Sequence record: DRR723986_15960
Reading direction: 5' to 3' (one strand)
DNA: 64,000 nt
Positions 1 to 10,207 of this stretch are shown one piece after another. The first letter of the stretch is position 1. Every line of letters begins with the position of its first letter. Both the position numbers and the translations under genes were made by a program. The notes beneath the pieces were generated by a model. That model ran no database searches, was not told the origin of the DNA, and was given only the letters and a program-made list of their open reading frames with translations.

Positions 1-1709
1 GTACCAATTGGTACTAAGCTACCAAGATTATTTAGGCCTCTATTAATAGTGCCATCCCAAGAGTTATCATTGTTACCAACAAAAATGATATCACCATAGC
101 GGTTGTAAATCTCGAGCTCATGTTCGGTGAAAATTTCATATAAACCTTGAATATTAAACCAATCATTTTTTGTGTCATCATTTGGTGAAAATCCTTCTGG
201 AATAGTAGGAGGACAATTTTCAATGGTTAACTCAAATTCAAAGATCTCATAACACGGAGGACTATCTAATCTCACAAATATAGTTTCAGGATTATTTGTA
301 TTGTTATAGGACGTTGGTACTAATATTTCATTTTGTTCATTTTCTAGATCTTCAATGGATGTATAAAAGGAAATATCGTTTTCATCAGCTCCTAAGGATT
401 CAATTGCCTCAGTTAAATTATATGTTGAAGTTTCAAAGCCTTCATTACAACCTAGTAAACCTGGTAACGTCACAATATCAGGAATAAATAAAAGTTGAAT
501 GGTAAGATTATCTAAATTATTGTCTTCATTTATTTCTGTTATTGAATCAGTCATAGTACCATCATCATCAACACTTGCAGTAATACTTACAAAAGGTCCA
601 ATACCATCCGGTATGGTCACTGTTATAGTTCCTGTTTCGCTTTCACCAATGGGAATTGCATTTGATGTATTTGTTTGACCTACTAAAATGCCATCTGCAT
701 AAAAGGCTATTGGTGTACCAGCTGGTAAAGTATCTGTACTATTTAAATTACTCACTATATATGTAAACTCTACATCTTGGTTGCCACATTGTACAATACT
801 TTGATCAATAAAAATTGTAGCATCAGGTAATTGACTATTTAAAACTGTAATAATATTATTTATCATTACATAATCTTGTCCAGAAGTTAGTGTTATTGTT
901 GCGGAAGTATCACCAATATTAATATTGTCTTGTATGTTATATACATCAATATCCATATTATAGAGATTAGTGTCACCAGTAAAAGAATTAGTGCCATTAA
1001 AGGCGTTATTGGCAGGATTTAATGGTGGATTGCTAATTACATTTCCATTAATGGTTAACTGCTCATTAACAGCTAGTGCTCTGTCACCTTCCCAAGCCAC
1101 AAAACCAATTTTAGCATCTTCATTATCTAGCACATTTAGGTTATCTAAAGTAATAGATAAAAATTCTGGTACACTTTGAAGGCCATCGTAAACATTCAGT
1201 TGGTTTAGAGGGAGATTGTCATCTTCATAAATTATGGTCATGGCCCATCCACCAAAGTTTGTTCCGGTAGGGCAAAAGGGTGAAATGACGTTTGTTAAAT
1301 CAAATTCAGAAACTGTATAATTTCCAGTTCCCTGTGCTAAAACTATATCTGTAACATCTGCGAAAGCCGCAAAAAACACTCTTGTAAAATCTAGCGCATC
1401 ACTAAATGTTCGTTCTGCAATAAGTGGTGTATTGTTAAGTCTAATATTAAAGTCACCAGTACCAGAACCTGCCCAATATAAATAAGCAGCAACAATGTTT
1501 TGATTTGAATTTAGATTAAGTGTGGCAGATGATTCTGTAAGAATTTCACAAGTTAATCCTGGTCCATTTTCTAAGGTATTAAGTGTATTTCCAATAGCTG
1601 TGTAATCATAACGGCCATTAAACTGTTGAAATAGTTCTATGTCTTGTGCATTGATAGATATAGATACACCAAATAATAGAATACAAAGTATGTGGTGTAT
1701 GCTTTTCAC
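1..1709 (-). CDS. T9SS type-B sorting domain (gliding-motility-associated C-terminal domain) protein, 3'-partial; absent from the ORF track because it runs off the left edge
   Basis: Manual translation from GTG at 1709 gives a signal peptide (VKSIHHILCILLFGVSISINAQD). The same frame is open over 540..1 and reads IPEGFSPNDDTKNDWFNI...EIYNRYG...WDG...PIGT, a type-B CTD. A CARDB-like TEINEDNN motif is also present. Confidence 0.88.
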   Translation of the reverse strand, partial: MKSIHHILCILLFGVSISINAQDIELFQQFNGRYDYTAIGNTLNTLENGPGLTCEILTESSATLNLNSNQNIVAAYLYWAGSGTGDFNIRLNNTPLIAERTFSDALDFTRVFFAAFADVTDIVLAQGTGNYTVSEFDLTNVISPFCPTGTNFGGWAMTIIYEDDNLPLNQLNVYDGLQSVPEFLSITLDNLNVLDNEDAKIGFVAWEGDRALAVNEQLTINGNVISNPPLNPANNAFNGTNSFTGDTNLYNMDIDVYNIQDNINIGDTSATITLTSGQDYVMINNIITVLNSQLPDATIFIDQSIVQCGNQDVEFTYIVSNLNSTDTLPAGTPIAFYADGILVGQTNTSNAIPIGESETGTITVTIPDGIGPFVSITASVDDDGTMTDSITEINEDNNLDNLTIQLLFIPDIVTLPGLLGCNEGFETSTYNLTEAIESLGADENDISFYTSIEDLENEQNEILVPTSYNNTNNPETIFVRLDSPPCYEIFEFELTIENCPPTIPEGFSPNDDTKNDWFNIQGLYEIFTEHELEIYNRYGDIIFVGNNDNSWDGTINRGLNNLGSLVPIG

Positions 1710-1747
1710 ATTTAATAGTTTAGTGAAACTAAGTTAAGATTTTTATG

Positions 1748-4700
1748 CTATCGTTTCAAGGTGAAATGACTGGTAAATGTTCTGCCATCTTGAAGTTTAA
1801 CTCTAAACCAATAATCACTTGTTGCCATTTTATTACCATTATAAATACCATTCCATCCTGGACCTAAAGGGTCTAACTCAACTAGGAGTTTTCCGTAACG
1901 ATCAAAGATATAAATTAATGTGTTGGATTGAAACTGATCTGTAATGCCATAGACTTGCCAAAAGTCATTTTGATTATCGTCATTAGGTGTGAAAAATTTA
2001 GGAAATCCAATAACAGAAACTAGGTCTTCAGTGATGCCGCAATTATTTTTATCTCTTACATAAACTGTATATAAACCTGGTAAAACATTTGTAAACGTGC
2101 TACTATCTTGGTAAGGACCATTAATGTCGTCTAAGGCGTATTCGTAATTTCCTTCACCACTTACAAAAACTGTAATAGAGTTATTTTCTGTGGCATCAAC
2201 GACGTCGATATCCGTAATTGTCGCTACATTAGATGGTAGAACAGAAATCACTCGATCTTTAAAACATCCATTAGTATTAGTGACACGTACAGTATACGTT
2301 CCTGGTTCATTAACTTCAATGGTTGCAGTATCTTCTCCAGTAGACCAAGAATACAAAAAGTTGTTTGGTGAATTGGTTATTACACCACCATCTAAAACAA
2401 TTGTTTCGGGAAAGAAGTTGAGGCAGTAAAGTGTCTCAAATTCTGTTTCAATGTTGGGTAACTCAAAAACAGTAAGCTCTATTTCACTAATACCATAGCA
2501 GGCATTAGAATTTTCAACACGTGCATATATAGTTTGATTATAAGGAATAGTGTTTGTAAATGTTGATCCAAGCGGATTCGTTTCTACCAATGCATCTGTG
2601 TAAGTTTCATAATATTGAAGATCTAATCCAGCAGGTGCACCAGCGAGGACAATAGCATTTGTGTCTGATAAATTAAAGGTTGTAAATCCATCTTCAGTGC
2701 CATCATCATCACAGGCAGATAAACTGGCATTATTTGAAGACGTTGTACTTACTTCTAAAGAAACATTACTATAACTAACACAACCAGTAGCCGTATTAAT
2801 GACTCTAGCGATAATATTCTGAGGGTTAAAGAAATTTTCAAATGCATCTGCATTGATTGCATTTTCTTGTAATTCTGCATCGTTTTGAGAGAGATAGAAT
2901 TCTACTTCAATATTTGGTGTTCCACCAGTAATATCATCAATAATCTGTGTGACATTAAAAATTGTAAATCCTTCAGGAATTCCATCTTCATCACATTGCA
3001 ATATTGAAACATCATTAGCTACGGGAGCGTCATTGATGATAAGCTCAAAAAAGTCTGTATTATAACACGTGGTATTGGTTGTATTTTCAATCCTAACGAA
3101 AATGGTCTCAGTAAATGCTGTGGTATTACTATAAGTAAGTGGTAAAGGTGAAGTATTGTCGTCAGCATCTTGCTGGGTAGGATGAAAGGTTACCATAGTT
3201 TCCATTTCGTCTTGCGCTCCTCTTATGGTTGAGATTAAATTACCTAACTCAATGGTTGCAAAACCATCCATAGCATCACCTTCATTATCACAAAATTCAA
3301 TATCATTTAATTTAACAATTTGCGGAGTATTAAATACTCTCAAGTCAAAAGAATTTATATCAAAACAATTTGTATTATCTACATTATCAACTCGTACATA
3401 TATGGTTTGTGGATTGGTAGTATTCTCATAAGGAAATATCAATGGATTTTCACGATTATTCGCATCCTCTAAACTTGTAAAGTAGTTGACATTATTTTCT
3501 AGAGGGTCTTGGGTTAATAATGCTTCACCATCTTTACTAGAAAAATCGAAGGCAAATACACCATCATTTCCAAAATCATCACAAACACTTATATCTGTTG
3601 GCTCATTTGCTACTGGAATAGGAAATATACCAACAACAGCACTACCTTCTATTGGGCAATCACCATTATTAGGTTCTATAATTACTTCATAAAAACCAGG
3701 AGTGTCTACCAATAATTCATTAGTGGTTTCAGCTAATGGGTTACCTTCAAATGACCAAACGTAATCTGCACCTACAATATCATCTGCAACTAAGGTGTAG
3801 CTATCACCTGTGCATAATCGTAATTCTGTTGTACTAATACCATTTCTTATAATATCAGTTTGTGAATTGAACAAGGACTGAATAAAAGGAGGTAAACCAA
3901 TTCTACTTCGATTTTGACCTAAACCACCTACATCTACAAGAACTCCTTGCTCGTCGTAGTCGGTAGCTAATCCATCTGCTTCAGGATTATTAATAACACC
4001 TAAATAACGACCAGAACCAGTAGTATTACTAAAACTAAATTGCGCTCTATATATACGTCTATCTATGCCCAATTGTAAAGCTCCAGCACTAATAGTATTA
4101 GATGAATGAATTATTTGCAGTGAATTAGGAATATCAGCACTCTCTAAATCCCATTGTAAAACTTGGCTAGCACCATTACCTGAAGGTCCTATGCCAACAG
4201 TAGCGTATGCTTTCCTGTTTTCAGCTGAGAACTCAACACCATATGGGCTATCATTATTTTGAGGGCTATAGAGTTCTAAACTATTAGAAACAATGCCAGT
4301 ATTGTTATCAAAATCAAATAAATAAATACCTCCACCAGCATCGCCTGCTGGTATGGTAGATTCACCAAAATTTGCAGAGATAAGTTTTGTGCCATCTGGT
4401 GACGCTTTTAAGTATCCTAATGCATTACGTCTGTAACCTTCAGCTGGTATTAATGGACCAACAGTAGAGGTTACTGGTGTAGAACTAACACCATTTTCAT
4501 CTATTTTAAACGCATAAAACGTGTCGACGAAATGGGTGATAATCCAAAATGATGTACAGTCATCTGCCTTAACAGCTGTAATTTTTTCAGAACATTTTAA
4601 TTCTGATTGTAATTGATTGGCTGTATTATAAGTAATAAGTGGTACATTTTTTTCGACAGCATCGATGGCACCAAGTCCACCATCATCTAGGATATTAACC

Positions 4701-5134
4701 CTAGAATACATTAATCCATCATTAAGCCCATCATTAGCTGACTCATTTGGAAAATTAGATGTGTTATTATGATGAGGTTCATCTACTGTGAAAATATAAT
4801 AGAAATCTGGGTCTTGTGGTTTGGGTACAATTAAACCAGAAGACGTACTCGAATCGTCACCTCTCAATCCAGTACCATTTAGCATCACTTGATGATTTCT
4901 GTTCCAAACCGTACTTCCATCAGAATAGAATAACAGATTACCATCTGTATCTGATATGGTTGTACAACCTTCTAAGGTGTTGAGTTGCCCATTTGTAACT
5001 GCGGTTACAGTACCTGATTCAGCGTCAAATCGTAAACCAGCATTCTGTCCAAAATACCAGAACGAGGCTTCATTTTGAGCGTAAATAAAGGAACTAACTA
5101 AAATTAAGAGAAATGCAAAACCTATCTTTTTCAT
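1748..5134 (-). CDS. Large T9SS type-B cargo protein (beta-propeller-like N-terminus, Cys/Asp repeats, type-B CTD)
   Basis: Signal peptide MKKIGFAF..YAQ (start 5134 preferred over 5158), N-terminal WYFGQNAGL, and C-terminal FPKFFTPNDD..ND..IFDRYG..GWNG..SDYWF..HFTLKR. Confidence 0.9.
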   Translation of the reverse strand: MKKIGFAFLLILVSSFIYAQNEASFWYFGQNAGLRFDAESGTVTAVTNGQLNTLEGCTTISDTDGNLLFYSDGSTVWNRNHQVMLNGTGLRGDDSSTSSGLIVPKPQDPDFYYIFTVDEPHHNNTSNFPNESANDGLNDGLMYSRVNILDDGGLGAIDAVEKNVPLITYNTANQLQSELKCSEKITAVKADDCTSFWIITHFVDTFYAFKIDENGVSSTPVTSTVGPLIPAEGYRRNALGYLKASPDGTKLISANFGESTIPAGDAGGGIYLFDFDNNTGIVSNSLELYSPQNNDSPYGVEFSAENRKAYATVGIGPSGNGASQVLQWDLESADIPNSLQIIHSSNTISAGALQLGIDRRIYRAQFSFSNTTGSGRYLGVINNPEADGLATDYDEQGVLVDVGGLGQNRSRIGLPPFIQSLFNSQTDIIRNGISTTELRLCTGDSYTLVADDIVGADYVWSFEGNPLAETTNELLVDTPGFYEVIIEPNNGDCPIEGSAVVGIFPIPVANEPTDISVCDDFGNDGVFAFDFSSKDGEALLTQDPLENNVNYFTSLEDANNRENPLIFPYENTTNPQTIYVRVDNVDNTNCFDINSFDLRVFNTPQIVKLNDIEFCDNEGDAMDGFATIELGNLISTIRGAQDEMETMVTFHPTQQDADDNTSPLPLTYSNTTAFTETIFVRIENTTNTTCYNTDFFELIINDAPVANDVSILQCDEDGIPEGFTIFNVTQIIDDITGGTPNIEVEFYLSQNDAELQENAINADAFENFFNPQNIIARVINTATGCVSYSNVSLEVSTTSSNNASLSACDDDGTEDGFTTFNLSDTNAIVLAGAPAGLDLQYYETYTDALVETNPLGSTFTNTIPYNQTIYARVENSNACYGISEIELTVFELPNIETEFETLYCLNFFPETIVLDGGVITNSPNNFLYSWSTGEDTATIEVNEPGTYTVRVTNTNGCFKDRVISVLPSNVATITDIDVVDATENNSITVFVSGEGNYEYALDDINGPYQDSSTFTNVLPGLYTVYVRDKNNCGITEDLVSVIGFPKFFTPNDDNQNDFWQVYGITDQFQSNTLIYIFDRYGKLLVELDPLGPGWNGIYNGNKMATSDYWFRVKLQDGRTFTSHFTLKR
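2460..3600 (-). repeat. Four degenerate ~95-100 aa intragenic repeats
   Basis: VCDDFGNDGVFAFDF, FCDNEGDAMDGFATIEL, QCDEDGIPEGFTIFNV and ACDDDGTEDGFTTFNL, each followed by (Q/E/N)TI(Y/F)xRV-like and Cys motifs; boundaries approximate. Confidence 0.75.
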
Positions 5135-5240
5135 ATAATCTTTGTGCAATGTATACACGCTTCAATAGTATATAACAAGTAGAACGTAATTTATCCTACT
5201 TTAAGTATTGAAGACTTCATAGCAATAGCTATCAAAGATA

Positions 5241-6068
5241 TTACAAATCTCTCTTTTTTAATAATCGATGCGATAAAAAGATGAAAAGGGCTGTCCAACC
5301 TAATACTACGGCAACCTCATACCAATGCACTGCATAGTCATAGGCCAAATCAGTTTTTTCTGGGAATTTGGTCATTGCAATACGCTGAATAGGCTGATCT
5401 ATGAGTTTGTACATAGATTCCAAAGGTAAGAAGCTTTTAAATTTGAATGCGCTGTCTGCATCACCTAGTGCTTCGTAAGCTCCCCAAAATCCTAACCATT
5501 CTATGATATATAATACAAATAGAAATCCTAAAGCAAATGCAGAACGTTTTAATAACATGCCAAAGAATAAACATAAACTGAAGAAGCCTAATAGTTTTAC
5601 GAAATAAGCTAATAAAAATTCTACTTCTCTAAATATAATTGAGGCTTCAGTATAACTAGAGTAATACAACCCTATGAAAAATGATGCTATCCCAATTAAA
5701 AATGTAGCACATAACGAAAAGAATATGATAGTGTAAAACTTAGAGAGAATAAACTCTTTTTTGCTTAATCCATCTATAAGATTTTGTTTTAATGTTTTAT
5801 TGCTGTATTCGTTACCTATCATACTTACCACAACTATGGCAAAGAAAAATTTAAAGTATGAGGCAAAAAAGGTTGTAATATGCCATATTATTGGGAAATT
5901 AAAAATGCCTAATTCACCTAATTCTAAAGTAAATAAACCGAAAAAATTAATTTTTATGGATGAAAGTACGAGTACTGTAAATGGTAATATGAATGATACA
6001 AGAATTAAAATACGGCTTACTTTATTGAGCCATAATTTTTGTAATTCTAATTTAATGAGACGTAACAT
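5241..6068 (-). CDS. ABC-2 type transporter permease
   Basis: About 6 TM segments, EYSNKTLKQNLIDG motif, downstream of the ABC ATPase. Confidence 0.88.
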   Translation of the reverse strand: MLRLIKLELQKLWLNKVSRILILVSFILPFTVLVLSSIKINFFGLFTLELGELGIFNFPIIWHITTFFASYFKFFFAIVVVSMIGNEYSNKTLKQNLIDGLSKKEFILSKFYTIIFFSLCATFLIGIASFFIGLYYSSYTEASIIFREVEFLLAYFVKLLGFFSLCLFFGMLLKRSAFALGFLFVLYIIEWLGFWGAYEALGDADSAFKFKSFLPLESMYKLIDQPIQRIAMTKFPEKTDLAYDYAVHWYEVAVVLGWTALFIFLSHRLLKKRDL

Positions 6069-6102
6069 ATGCTGATTGGTTTTGCAAATACCTTTTAAAG
6101 GG

Positions 6103-7020
6103 TTATGCTGTTTTTTGATTGGTTTCTATAGTGTCAGTTAATTGCAAGAATTGCTCTTCAAGGCTTTCTTTTCGTTTTACTAAATGAGAGAGTAGAATAC
6201 CTTTTTCAAACATTAGTTTATTGAAATCTGGAGCAGACATTGGTTCATTTAAGAAAGCTGTGATAAGGTCTCCTTCTACTTTTATATTACCAAAATTAGA
6301 ATGATCATTTAGTAGTTGTACCAATTCGTTATGTTTCTCGCTTTTTAATTCAAAAAAGCCATGACTACTTATCATTTTGTCAACTCGTCCTGAATATAGC
6401 TTTTCACCTTTTCTTAGTACAACTACATGTGAGCATACTTTCTCAACTTCGTCGAGTAGGTGGGAGGCTAACAAAATAGTTGTACCATCTTTAGCAATAT
6501 CTTTTATTATTTGACGAATTTGATGAATTCCTTGTGGGTCTAAACCATTGGTTGGTTCGTCTAAGATTAGAATTTCAGGATCGTTTAGGAGGGCAGAAGC
6601 AATAGCCAAACGCTGCTTCATACCTAATGAATAGGTTCTAAACTTATGATTCTTTCTGTCTAAAAGACCAACTATTTCAAGCTTTTCTGCAATTTTACTA
6701 TGATCCACACCTTTTATACGGCAAACTAATTTAAGGTTTTGTTCTGCTGTCATGTATGGGTAAAAATTTGGTCGCTCTATAATAGCACCAACTTGTTTTA
6801 ATGCATCATGTGTGGTTGTATTACCATCAAACCAGTGAAAGTCTCCGTTGGTTTTGTTGACAACGTTTAGTACTATACCTAAAGTGGTTGATTTGCCGCT
6901 ACCATTAGGTCCTAAGACACCATAAACATTACCCTTGTTAATAGTAAAGCTTAGATCTTTTACAGCAGTAACATAGCCGAATTTTTTTGTAAGATTATTG
7001 ATTGTTAGGATTGGCTCCAA
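6103..7020 (-). CDS. ABC transporter ATP-binding protein (BcrA-like)
   Basis: Walker A GPNGSGKST, signature YSLGMKQ, Walker B ILILDEP; TTG start. Confidence 0.95.
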   Translation of the reverse strand: MEPILTINNLTKKFGYVTAVKDLSFTINKGNVYGVLGPNGSGKSTTLGIVLNVVNKTNGDFHWFDGNTTTHDALKQVGAIIERPNFYPYMTAEQNLKLVCRIKGVDHSKIAEKLEIVGLLDRKNHKFRTYSLGMKQRLAIASALLNDPEILILDEPTNGLDPQGIHQIRQIIKDIAKDGTTILLASHLLDEVEKVCSHVVVLRKGEKLYSGRVDKMISSHGFFELKSEKHNELVQLLNDHSNFGNIKVEGDLITAFLNEPMSAPDFNKLMFEKGILLSHLVKRKESLEEQFLQLTDTIETNQKTA

Positions 7021-7073
7021 AATGATTGATTTTTATATGCTAAAATATACCTAGCAAAGATTGGTTATGAAGG

Positions 7074-7102
7074 TAAGACGATTGAGGCTTTTAATTGTTA
7101 CA
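7074..7102 (-). promoter_or_regulatory. ECF-sigma-type promoter of the ABC operon
   Basis: Minus strand TGTAAC-N16-CGTCTTA, matching the AAC/CGT ECF promoter layout. Confidence 0.7.
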
Positions 7103-7132
7103 AATTTTAAAATAAAAGGTTAAATTTAGGCA

Positions 7133-8191
7133 ATGGCAGATGACATAAAAATATCGAAAAGAAAACCTAGTTATCCTGTATCTGAGAAGTTAGATACCTA
7201 TTTAGAATCGTATAACAGAAATATAGATTTACCGATAGTGTATTCGGATTTGTTGAGATTTCAGGGATCTATTGTTGTCTATGACGACAATGATGAAGAT
7301 ACACTTTGGATTAGAGTTTATTATAGTGATTCTGATAGAGATGAAATAGATTTTAGTCTCAAGAAAGTGTACTCAAATTTATTATCTGATGGTGGTGATT
7401 GGATACTGAAATATCTCAATGTAGATGCTATAGATTATTGCACATTTGGAAATTCGAAACCATTTAGAATAAAAGTTAGAAATATACTCAATGATAACTA
7501 TACATATTTCTATGTAAAAAAAGCTGATGCTTCCAGGATTTATGGTTTGGAGTTAGAACATATGTTATCACCGCATAATCTTAATTTTTTGGTGTGTAAA
7601 GACACCTTAATTGAAGAGCATATTGCAGGTATACCAGGAGATGAGTTTATAAAAAATAGCTTAGACGAACGATCTGAAGCTGAAAAAGCTCAAATAGCTA
7701 AAGAATTTATAAAGTTTAATGAGCGTTGTACAATTCGCCTTTTAGGAGATATGCGCTCTTATAATTATGCAATTGTACCAATACACGATTTTGATCAGGT
7801 CATTTTCAAAATTAGAGCTATTGATTTTGATCAACAGTCTTATGAAGGGAATTTGAAAATCTACATGCCACAGTTTTTTAAGGAGAATTATAAAATGGTT
7901 AAGATGGTTCAGAATAGGATACAAGAAGAATCTATTGAGCAATACAAAATTGAGGAACGTTCTATCGTTGCAAAACGGATGATAAGTAATAAAACGAGAA
8001 TTAACGCCTTGTTAGATTGTATGCAAACAGATGAATTATCAATTAACAAGCATATAGATCAATTAAAAGAAGAAATATATAATTATTCTTTAGATAAGGA
8101 CTTTAGAAAAAGCAAGTCCATGGGAGAGATTGTGAGAACCATTCTGGCTTTTGTAAAACGGAATTATGAGAATGTAACCATGAATCGTTAA
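7133..8191 (+). CDS. Hypothetical protein with PI3K/HipA-like atypical kinase motifs
   Basis: 352-aa ORF with FYVKKAD, LLGDMRSYN and IRAIDFD in kinase-like order. Confidence 0.6.
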   Translation: MADDIKISKRKPSYPVSEKLDTYLESYNRNIDLPIVYSDLLRFQGSIVVYDDNDEDTLWIRVYYSDSDRDEIDFSLKKVYSNLLSDGGDWILKYLNVDAIDYCTFGNSKPFRIKVRNILNDNYTYFYVKKADASRIYGLELEHMLSPHNLNFLVCKDTLIEEHIAGIPGDEFIKNSLDERSEAEKAQIAKEFIKFNERCTIRLLGDMRSYNYAIVPIHDFDQVIFKIRAIDFDQQSYEGNLKIYMPQFFKENYKMVKMVQNRIQEESIEQYKIEERSIVAKRMISNKTRINALLDCMQTDELSINKHIDQLKEEIYNYSLDKDFRKSKSMGEIVRTILAFVKRNYENVTMNR

Positions 8192-8197
8192 AAGCGA

Positions 8198-8713
8198 TTA
8201 GTTCCAGTTTTCGTCAAAATCTAAATCGCTATAATCATCTACATCTATTTCATCTTCAAATTCATCAAAAGCATCGTCTGATTCTGCTTCGAATGTTTTT
8301 TCTGGAGCTTCATCTGGTATCTGACCATGTACAAACATGAGATTAGGATAGTCTGTCCCCTGAGCTTCTTCCACTATCTCAGCTAATTCAACATAAAAGG
8401 TCCACATATTTAAAAAGTCATAGACATAGATTAATCGTGTAGAAGCCTCATGCACCATATCTTTTATTATGGTGGTACTCATCATCTTTACCTCGTTACC
8501 TGCCTCACTCATGTCAAACATTGCGATTTCTTCACCTTGATTCCACTCGTTATCACTTACATAAAATGAAGCCATTTCCATGCCGTCAAATCCAAAAGAC
8601 TGTGTGATGATATTGTGAAGATCTTCCATAGTATCCGTTTCGCGGATTTCTAAATCGCGGAATACATCGTCTTCTGTGTCGTTATCTAATATGACTCTAA
8701 ATCTATATATCAT
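8198..8713 (-). CDS. pRiA4b ORF3-like / IS1096-passenger TnpR-family protein with acidic tail
   Basis: FRDLEI..T(M)EDLH..I..SFGF, YVYDFLNMWTF, and a D/E-rich C-terminus. Confidence 0.7.
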   Translation of the reverse strand: MIYRFRVILDNDTEDDVFRDLEIRETDTMEDLHNIITQSFGFDGMEMASFYVSDNEWNQGEEIAMFDMSEAGNEVKMMSTTIIKDMVHEASTRLIYVYDFLNMWTFYVELAEIVEEAQGTDYPNLMFVHGQIPDEAPEKTFEAESDDAFDEFEDEIDVDDYSDLDFDENWN

Positions 8714-8739
8714 GCTGCAAATTTAAAATAAATTGACTA

Positions 8740-9756
8740 TTATTTACTAAAACGATGTAATGTAAATACCATAAAACTTAACAAAATAAATGCACCTACC
8801 TGATGCACCACACCAAGCCAAACAGGCACGGCGTAAATAAGTGTAAGTACACCTAAAAGAAATTGTACTCCAACCATAGCTAACAAACCATTTATACCCT
8901 TGCGCTGAAGCACTGTAGTTTCTGTTTTTCTGGCTTTGTACCAAATAGCGAGAATAAAAGCAACCACAACATAGGCCAGCGTTCTGTGTACAAACTGTAC
9001 ACCACTTTTACCTTCAATAAAGTTGAGGTAAGTTGGGTTAAGCTCTGAGTACGCTGTTTCATGTATTAATTTACCTTCATTCATCAACGGCCAATTGTTG
9101 TGTATCCAACCAGCATCTAATCCGGCTACAAATGATCCATAAATGATTTGAATAACTAAAACAACTAAACCAAACCTTATAAAGTTTCTAAGCTTAGAAT
9201 TTATAGTTTTTCTATTTGGGAAAATTAAATCTAAGGCCACCCAAAATGTATAGGCAAATGTTAAGAATGCTGTTGTTAGATGGGCTGCCAATCTATAATG
9301 ACTCACATCTGGCCTATCTACTAATCCACTTTTTACCATATACCAACCCAAGAATCCTTGAAAGCCACCCATACAAAGCAAAATAATAGCTTTTTTTATC
9401 GTTGGTTTACTAAGCTGTTTTCTAATTAAAAAGTATAAGAATGGTATAATAAACACTAACCCAATAAACCTACCAATAACTCTGTGTATCCACTCCCAGA
9501 AGTAAATATCCTTAAATTCTTCGAGCGTCATATTAAAGTTAAGCTTTTGATATTCTGGGTATTGTTTATAAAGATCAAATGCTTTGTTCCATTCAATTTC
9601 GTTAGTTGGTGGTACGACACCAGATATTAATTTATAATTAGAAATCGATAATCCAGAATGCGTAAGTCTTGTTATGCCTCCTACAATTACCATAATAAAA
9701 ATCAGTGTACAACCTGTAAGCAACCAATATATAACTGCTTTATTATCCTTTTTCAT
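8740..9756 (-). CDS. ctaA: Heme A synthase (COX15/CtaA)
   Basis: GGITRLTHSGLSI, EWIHR, YRLAAHL, QFVHR and VHQ motifs; start MKKDNK at 9756 preferred. Confidence 0.93.
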   Translation of the reverse strand: MKKDNKAVIYWLLTGCTLIFIMVIVGGITRLTHSGLSISNYKLISGVVPPTNEIEWNKAFDLYKQYPEYQKLNFNMTLEEFKDIYFWEWIHRVIGRFIGLVFIIPFLYFLIRKQLSKPTIKKAIILLCMGGFQGFLGWYMVKSGLVDRPDVSHYRLAAHLTTAFLTFAYTFWVALDLIFPNRKTINSKLRNFIRFGLVVLVIQIIYGSFVAGLDAGWIHNNWPLMNEGKLIHETAYSELNPTYLNFIEGKSGVQFVHRTLAYVVVAFILAIWYKARKTETTVLQRKGINGLLAMVGVQFLLGVLTLIYAVPVWLGVVHQVGAFILLSFMVFTLHRFSK

Positions 9757-10207
9757 TTTCAACAATTTTTTTAAAACAAATACTATTTTTTACGCCTATA
9801 TATTGCCCATAGTTAGAAATCTCTTGATAAGAATTCTTTTTGTAAAATTGAACAGCTTCTACTTGTCTTATACCAGTCTCTAAAACACATGTAGTATAAC
9901 CCAATTCTTTGGTCCAATTTTCTAATTCATTCAAAATTTTTGTCGCAACGCCTTTGCCTCTTGCTTCCTTTATGGTGTACATACGCTTAATTTCAACAGA
10001 ACTTTCGTCGTACTGTTTTAATGCACCACAACCAATAGGCTTGTCATTAGCGTAAGCAATAATTACATGGCTTAAAACATCAATAGAGTTAAACTGATTA
10101 TAAAAATCGTGTTCATCTCCATCCGTAATTTTTAAATAGTCATCAAGGTGTTTTACTAAATGGATAAAATCGTCGTTTTTAGAATTTGTTCTGACCAATT
10201 TTATCAT
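9743..10207 (-). CDS. GNAT N-acetyltransferase
   Basis: EIKRMY..ARGKGVA, LETG..Q.EA..FY. Confidence 0.9.
   Translation of the reverse strand: MIKLVRTNSKNDDFIHLVKHLDDYLKITDGDEHDFYNQFNSIDVLSHVIIAYANDKPIGCGALKQYDESSVEIKRMYTIKEARGKGVATKILNELENWTKELGYTTCVLETGIRQVEAVQFYKKNSYQEISNYGQYIGVKNSICFKKIVENEKG

Noticed and set aside
1-1747. Apparent gene-free or pseudogenised region with short ORFs (32..223, 296..487, 970..1179)
   Set aside because: A single minus-strand frame from 1709 runs off the window edge; the short ORFs are shadows of it
5165-5200. Possible alternative-sigma promoter (GGATAA...TTGTTATA, minus strand) upstream of the T9SS cargo gene
   Set aside because: I noticed only one occurrence, which cannot be told from AT-rich background
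8198-8713. TnpR-like protein as evidence of an IS element
   Set aside because: No transposase, terminal inverted repeats or target duplication; it sits among housekeeping genes
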